Positions 59,874 through 64,000 of a stretch of DNA of 64,000 nt are shown here, piece after piece (position 1 is the stretch's first letter; each line of letters starts with the position of its first letter). Source of the stretch: Bacteroidales bacterium (GTDB lineage Bacteria > Bacteroidota > Bacteroidia > Bacteroidales > WCHB1-69); NCBI GenBank assembly GCA_016288655.1, contig JAEEKX010000003.1, positions 6,037 through 70,036 on the forward strand, given 5' to 3'. The notes beneath the pieces are model-generated. The model ran no database searches. It was not told the origin of the DNA and saw only the letters and a program-made list of their open reading frames with translations. The position numbers and the translations under genes were made by a program.

Positions 59874-60392
59874 ATGTCCTACTTCTACCTCGGCCTCATC
59901 ACCAAGCCCTTTGGTTTCAAGGGTGAACTGTACGCTTATCTTGACACTGACGAACCGGAGAAGTATGCCGGGCTGCGCGCTGTCTTCCTCAAGGAGGGCG
60001 ACGAGTACATGCCCTACATGATCGAGAAGTTGGAACTGCGTGGCGGCAACACCGCGGTCATCAAGTTCGAGGATGTGGAGGGTGACGACGCCAAGTCGCT
60101 AGTGAAGATGGAGATGTACCTCCCGCTCAGCGAACTGCCGCCGCTCACCGGCAACAAGTTTTACTTCCACGAGGTCGTCGGCTTCCGCGTGGTCGATCGG
60201 GAGAAGGGTGACATCGGCACCTGCCGCGAGTTCCTCGACGCTGGCGGCCAGAGCATCATGGCGGTCGATCATCCTAGCGGGCGGGAAATCCTGCTGCCCG
60301 CCGTTGATGACGTCTTCGAGGAGGTGGATCGCGATAGCCGCATTTTGCATGTTAATGCTCCTAATGGATTGATTGATATATATTTAGAGTAG
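59874..60392 (+). CDS. rimM: Ribosome maturation factor RimM
   Basis: G.I.K.FG.KGE, FY.HEV.G and P.GLID.YL motifs. Confidence 0.93.
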   Translation: MSYFYLGLITKPFGFKGELYAYLDTDEPEKYAGLRAVFLKEGDEYMPYMIEKLELRGGNTAVIKFEDVEGDDAKSLVKMEMYLPLSELPPLTGNKFYFHEVVGFRVVDREKGDIGTCREFLDAGGQSIMAVDHPSGREILLPAVDDVFEEVDRDSRILHVNAPNGLIDIYLE

Positions 60393-60442
60393 TATTCGCT
60401 AATCTGATTATTTTTTCTATACATATATAATATATTGTAATC

Positions 60443-62308
60443 ATGAAAAGATTGATTTTTGCCCTCTTCATCGTGTTAATAGCCGTGTCTGTTTCGGCGC
60501 AGGACTTGTATCGTGCCCGTGCCGACGGCCACGTCGATAGCGTATATATGGGCATTGACCTGCCGGAGGCATACACCGGAGAGGGCGTCATCATCGGCGT
60601 CACCGACTGGGGTTTCGACTTCACGCATCCGGTCTTTTACGACAGCACGATGACCCGTTACCGCATTCTGCGGGCGTGGGACCAGTTCCGCACGGGCGGT
60701 CCGGCGCCGGCGGGCTTCGACTACGGCACCGAGTTGGTGGGGCAGGAGCAGTTGCTGGCGGCGGCCTGTGATACCTCCAACATCTACGGCCACCACTATC
60801 ACGGCACGCACGTTGCCTCCATCGCGGGCGGTAGCGGCGCAGGCACCGCCTACCGCGGGGTCGCCCCCGACGCCGAATTCATCTTCGTCGCCTTCCGCGC
60901 TGAGGAACAGGCCGTCGTCGACGCCTTCCAGTGGATGTACGAAGTGGCCCAGCAGGAACAGAAACGTTTGGTCGTCAACATGAGTTGGGGCATCTATTGG
61001 ATGGACAATTTCGAAGGCACTGGTGTCATCGGTCAGAAAATGAGAGAGTTGAGTGACCTCGGCGTTGTCTTTGTCACCAGTGGCGGCAACAACGGCGATG
61101 CGAAGTTCCACCTCGGTCATACTTTCAACAATGATACCCTGCGCAGTCGGTTCATGTTTCCAGTGGATAACGGCAGTGCCGACTACTGGGGTACTTCGAT
61201 CTCGATGACCAACTCGCCTGGGCAGCCCTTCTCGGTCTGTTTCAACTGGTGCGACAACCATTACGAGACCATCCAGGCCACGCCGTTTTTCAACACGGCC
61301 GACGGCGACCACTACGAGGAGGGTTTCCTCGTCAGCGGCACCGATACTATATTTTATAATATACAGTTGGTACAGAGCGATGCGAGCGGTCGCCCCGACG
61401 CACGCCTGCGGGTTAAACGCAACATCACCAACAACAACTGGCGTATGGGCATCGCGGTGGCTGCCGAGGGTGGTGACTTCCATGCCTGGAATGTCGCCGA
61501 ACTTACTACCGGAGTGGGTAACTGGGGTGGCAACTGGATGGGAGTGAACGTGTTGGGTTGGAAGTACGGCGACACGCAGTACGGCACTGGCACGCCCGCC
61601 AACGTCGATTGCGCCATCACCGTGGCCGCCCACCAGTCCGGCAACTGGGTCGATAGCGTGTGGCAGCCCGGCGACATCTGCGCCTTCTCCAGTTTAGGCC
61701 CCACCATCGACGGACGCGACAAACCCGACATTTCCGCCCCCGGCTACCAGGTCTGCTCCGCCGTCTCCAGTTATGCCGACGAACATCTGACTTACGTGCA
61801 GACCATCAACTACAATGACCGCGACTATGGCTTCGCCCGTCTGTCGGGCACTTCCATGTCGTCGCCGTTCACTACGGGCGTGGTGGCGTTATTGTTGCAG
61901 GCCAACCCGACGCTGACACCGCAGCAGGTGAAGGAGTCATTGATCTTTTCGGCTACGCACGACGAGTTCACGGAGGCCGGCGGCATGGTGCGCTTCGGCC
62001 ATGGCAAGGTGAACGCATACCAGGCCGTGTTGCGCGCCCTCTACCATGTGGGGACGCAGTCGTTCCAAAGCGACGCCGACATCTACACGATCTTTCCGAA
62101 TCCCACCTCCGAGTGCATCTACATCTCCACCCCCAATAGTCAGGGTGCGAAGGCGCGGTTGTATGATCTGAACGGCCGGCTGGTGCGCACGGCGGCGGTG
62201 AGTCAGGGGGTGACGAAAATCGATGTGAACACGTTGCCGGCGGGCGTTTATGTTTTGAACATCGAGGGTGTGAAAACTTCCCGAAGCGAGAAGGTTATCA
62301 TTCAGTAA
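60443..62308 (+). CDS. Subtilisin-like S8 serine peptidase with T9SS C-terminal sorting domain
   Basis: Signal peptide; catalytic triad motifs IGVTDWG, HGTHVA and SGTSMS; CTD IFPNP...YDLNG..V...L.AGVY.L....K. Confidence 0.93.
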   Translation: MKRLIFALFIVLIAVSVSAQDLYRARADGHVDSVYMGIDLPEAYTGEGVIIGVTDWGFDFTHPVFYDSTMTRYRILRAWDQFRTGGPAPAGFDYGTELVGQEQLLAAACDTSNIYGHHYHGTHVASIAGGSGAGTAYRGVAPDAEFIFVAFRAEEQAVVDAFQWMYEVAQQEQKRLVVNMSWGIYWMDNFEGTGVIGQKMRELSDLGVVFVTSGGNNGDAKFHLGHTFNNDTLRSRFMFPVDNGSADYWGTSISMTNSPGQPFSVCFNWCDNHYETIQATPFFNTADGDHYEEGFLVSGTDTIFYNIQLVQSDASGRPDARLRVKRNITNNNWRMGIAVAAEGGDFHAWNVAELTTGVGNWGGNWMGVNVLGWKYGDTQYGTGTPANVDCAITVAAHQSGNWVDSVWQPGDICAFSSLGPTIDGRDKPDISAPGYQVCSAVSSYADEHLTYVQTINYNDRDYGFARLSGTSMSSPFTTGVVALLLQANPTLTPQQVKESLIFSATHDEFTEAGGMVRFGHGKVNAYQAVLRALYHVGTQSFQSDADIYTIFPNPTSECIYISTPNSQGAKARLYDLNGRLVRTAAVSQGVTKIDVNTLPAGVYVLNIEGVKTSRSEKVIIQ

Positions 62309-62362
62309 CAGAGGAAATAAAAAAAATTTTTCATACATCTATTTTTTATCAAAAAAAAGATG

Positions 62363-62370
62363 TATTTTTG
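62363..62370 (+). promoter_or_regulatory. Bacteroidetes -7 promoter element upstream of rplV
   Basis: TATTTTTG(CGCCC) in an AT-rich intergenic region about 100 nt before rplV. Confidence 0.7.
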
Positions 62371-62465
62371 CGCCCAATTTCAGTAATAAATCAGGGTGAA
62401 GTGCTTTGATGGATATATTATGTTGAATATCAAGCAATTAACCCACAAAAGAAACGTAAAAAACA

Positions 62466-62897
62466 ATGGGTAAGAGAAAAAGATTAGCAGCAGAAGCGCG
62501 CAAGGAAGCGAACAAAAACTTATATGTTGCCCGATTGCAGGACAATCCGACTTCTCCGCGTAAAATGAGAATCATGGCTGACGTCATCAGAGGCAAGGAC
62601 GTTGATTATGCGCTGGCCGTGTTGAAATACAGCAAGAGAGAAGCCGCAGGAAAGCTTCTGAAGCTGTTAAAGTCCGCCGTTGCCAACTGGCAGGTGAAGA
62701 ACGAAGGTGTTCGTTTGGAAGACAGTCAGTTATACGTTAAATCGGTGGTGGTTGACGGTGGTCGCATGTTGAAGAGAATCCGCACAGCCCCCCGTGGTAT
62801 GGCTCACCGTGTGCGCAAGCGTTCCAACCATGTCACCATCATCATCGATGACAAGAATTTAGTTAACAATAATACAGAAACACAAAACGCAGAGTAA
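62466..62897 (+). CDS. rplV: 50S ribosomal protein L22
   Basis: SPRKMR..AD.IRG, SAVAN and R.RKRS.H motifs. Confidence 0.98.
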   Translation: MGKRKRLAAEARKEANKNLYVARLQDNPTSPRKMRIMADVIRGKDVDYALAVLKYSKREAAGKLLKLLKSAVANWQVKNEGVRLEDSQLYVKSVVVDGGRMLKRIRTAPRGMAHRVRKRSNHVTIIIDDKNLVNNNTETQNAE

Positions 62898-62899
62898 GT

Positions 62900-63643
62900 A
62901 TGGGTCAAAAAGTTAGTCCGGTAGGTCTTAGATTAGGTATAATCAGAGGATGGGATTCTAATTGGTATGGCGGCAAGCAATTCGCCAGTAAGATAGTCGA
63001 AGACGACAAAATTAGAAAGTACTTGAACGCCCGTTTGTTCAAGGCCGGCATTGCGAAAATTTACATTGAGAGAACTTTGAAGTTGGTCACGGTCACGTTG
63101 TTCACCGCCCGTCCGGGACTGATCATTGGCAAAGGCGGTACTGAAGTTGAGAAACTGAAGGAAGAGCTGAAGAAGATCACCAGCAAGGACATCCAGATCA
63201 ACATCGCCGAGGTGAAGCGCCCCGACTTGAATGCGGAACTGGTGGCCCAGAACATCGCCCGTCAGATCGAGGGACGTGTTTCATACAGAAAAGCTGTGAA
63301 GACTGCCATCGGCAACACGATGCGTTCCAACGCGGAAGGCATCAAGGTTTCCGTCTCCGGTCGTCTCGGCGGTGCTGAAATCGCCCGTACCGAGCACTTC
63401 AAGGAGGGCAGAACCCCGCTGCACACCCTGCGTGCCGACATCGACTATGCCCTGGCGGAGGCCCATACGACCTACGGCGGCATCGGCGTGAAGGTTTGGA
63501 TCTGCAACGGCGTCGTCTATGGCAAGAAGGACCTGTTCCAGATGCCCGTCGAAGGCAAGGATTCCAAAGGCCCGAGACGCAGCGAGCGTGGCGAGCGCGG
63601 CGACAGACCCGCCCGTCCGAGAAGAGCCGAGAGAAGAAATTAG
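62900..63643 (+). CDS. rpsC: 30S ribosomal protein S3
   Basis: [31 protein letters not shown] and [11 protein letters not shown] motifs. Confidence 0.98.
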   Translation: MGQKVSPVGLRLGIIRGWDSNWYGGKQFASKIVEDDKIRKYLNARLFKAGIAKIYIERTLKLVTVTLFTARPGLIIGKGGTEVEKLKEELKKITSKDIQINIAEVKRPDLNAELVAQNIARQIEGRVSYRKAVKTAIGNTMRSNAEGIKVSVSGRLGGAEIARTEHFKEGRTPLHTLRADIDYALAEAHTTYGGIGVKVWICNGVVYGKKDLFQMPVEGKDSKGPRRSERGERGDRPARPRRAERRN

Positions 63644-63667
63644 TAACCATATATAATACTTTGAGTC

Positions 63668-64000
<333 letters not shown>

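Overview
A 64-kb chromosomal window from a Bacteroidales (Bacteroidota) anaerobe. This rests on Bacteroidetes -7 promoter boxes (TAnnTTTG) ahead of most transcription units, Bacteroidales-type EF-Ts and L22, the T9SS component SprE/PorW, and a T9SS-secreted S8 protease. Most genes are housekeeping: ung, nupG, ridA, aroB, uvrC, phoH, thiL, a 4-subunit 2-oxoacid:ferredoxin oxidoreductase, gmk, nadD, trxA, nadB, rplM-rpsI-rpsB-tsf, yidC, sufB, yceD-rpmF-rdgB, mlaEF, rpsO-pnp, lpxD-lpxC-rimM and rplV-rpsC-rplP. There are also tRNA-Pro(GGG), tRNA-Leu(CAG) and a yybP-ykoY (Mn2+) riboswitch ahead of a TerC gene. No CRISPR-Cas, prophage or intact transposase was seen. The most unusual items are: (1) a hierarchical repeat array (21.3-22.06 kb, with a single inverted copy at 3.9 kb) built from 86-bp modules of three GNA-triloop/tandem-GA hairpins, separated by variable runs of 8/9-nt units and bracketed by imperfect inverted repeats; (2) a solitary, AT-richer 1605-aa DEDD-exonuclease-like + RecQ + UvrD triple fusion; (3) a mosaic of Flavo-1 and REP-like hairpins next to an N-terminally deleted Rpn gene; (4) many broken canonical operons (S10 split before rplV, LpxC without FabZ, atpZ/I without the atp genes, lone sufB, hdrA and a kamC-like gene). 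All family calls come from motif recognition by eye; no searches were run.
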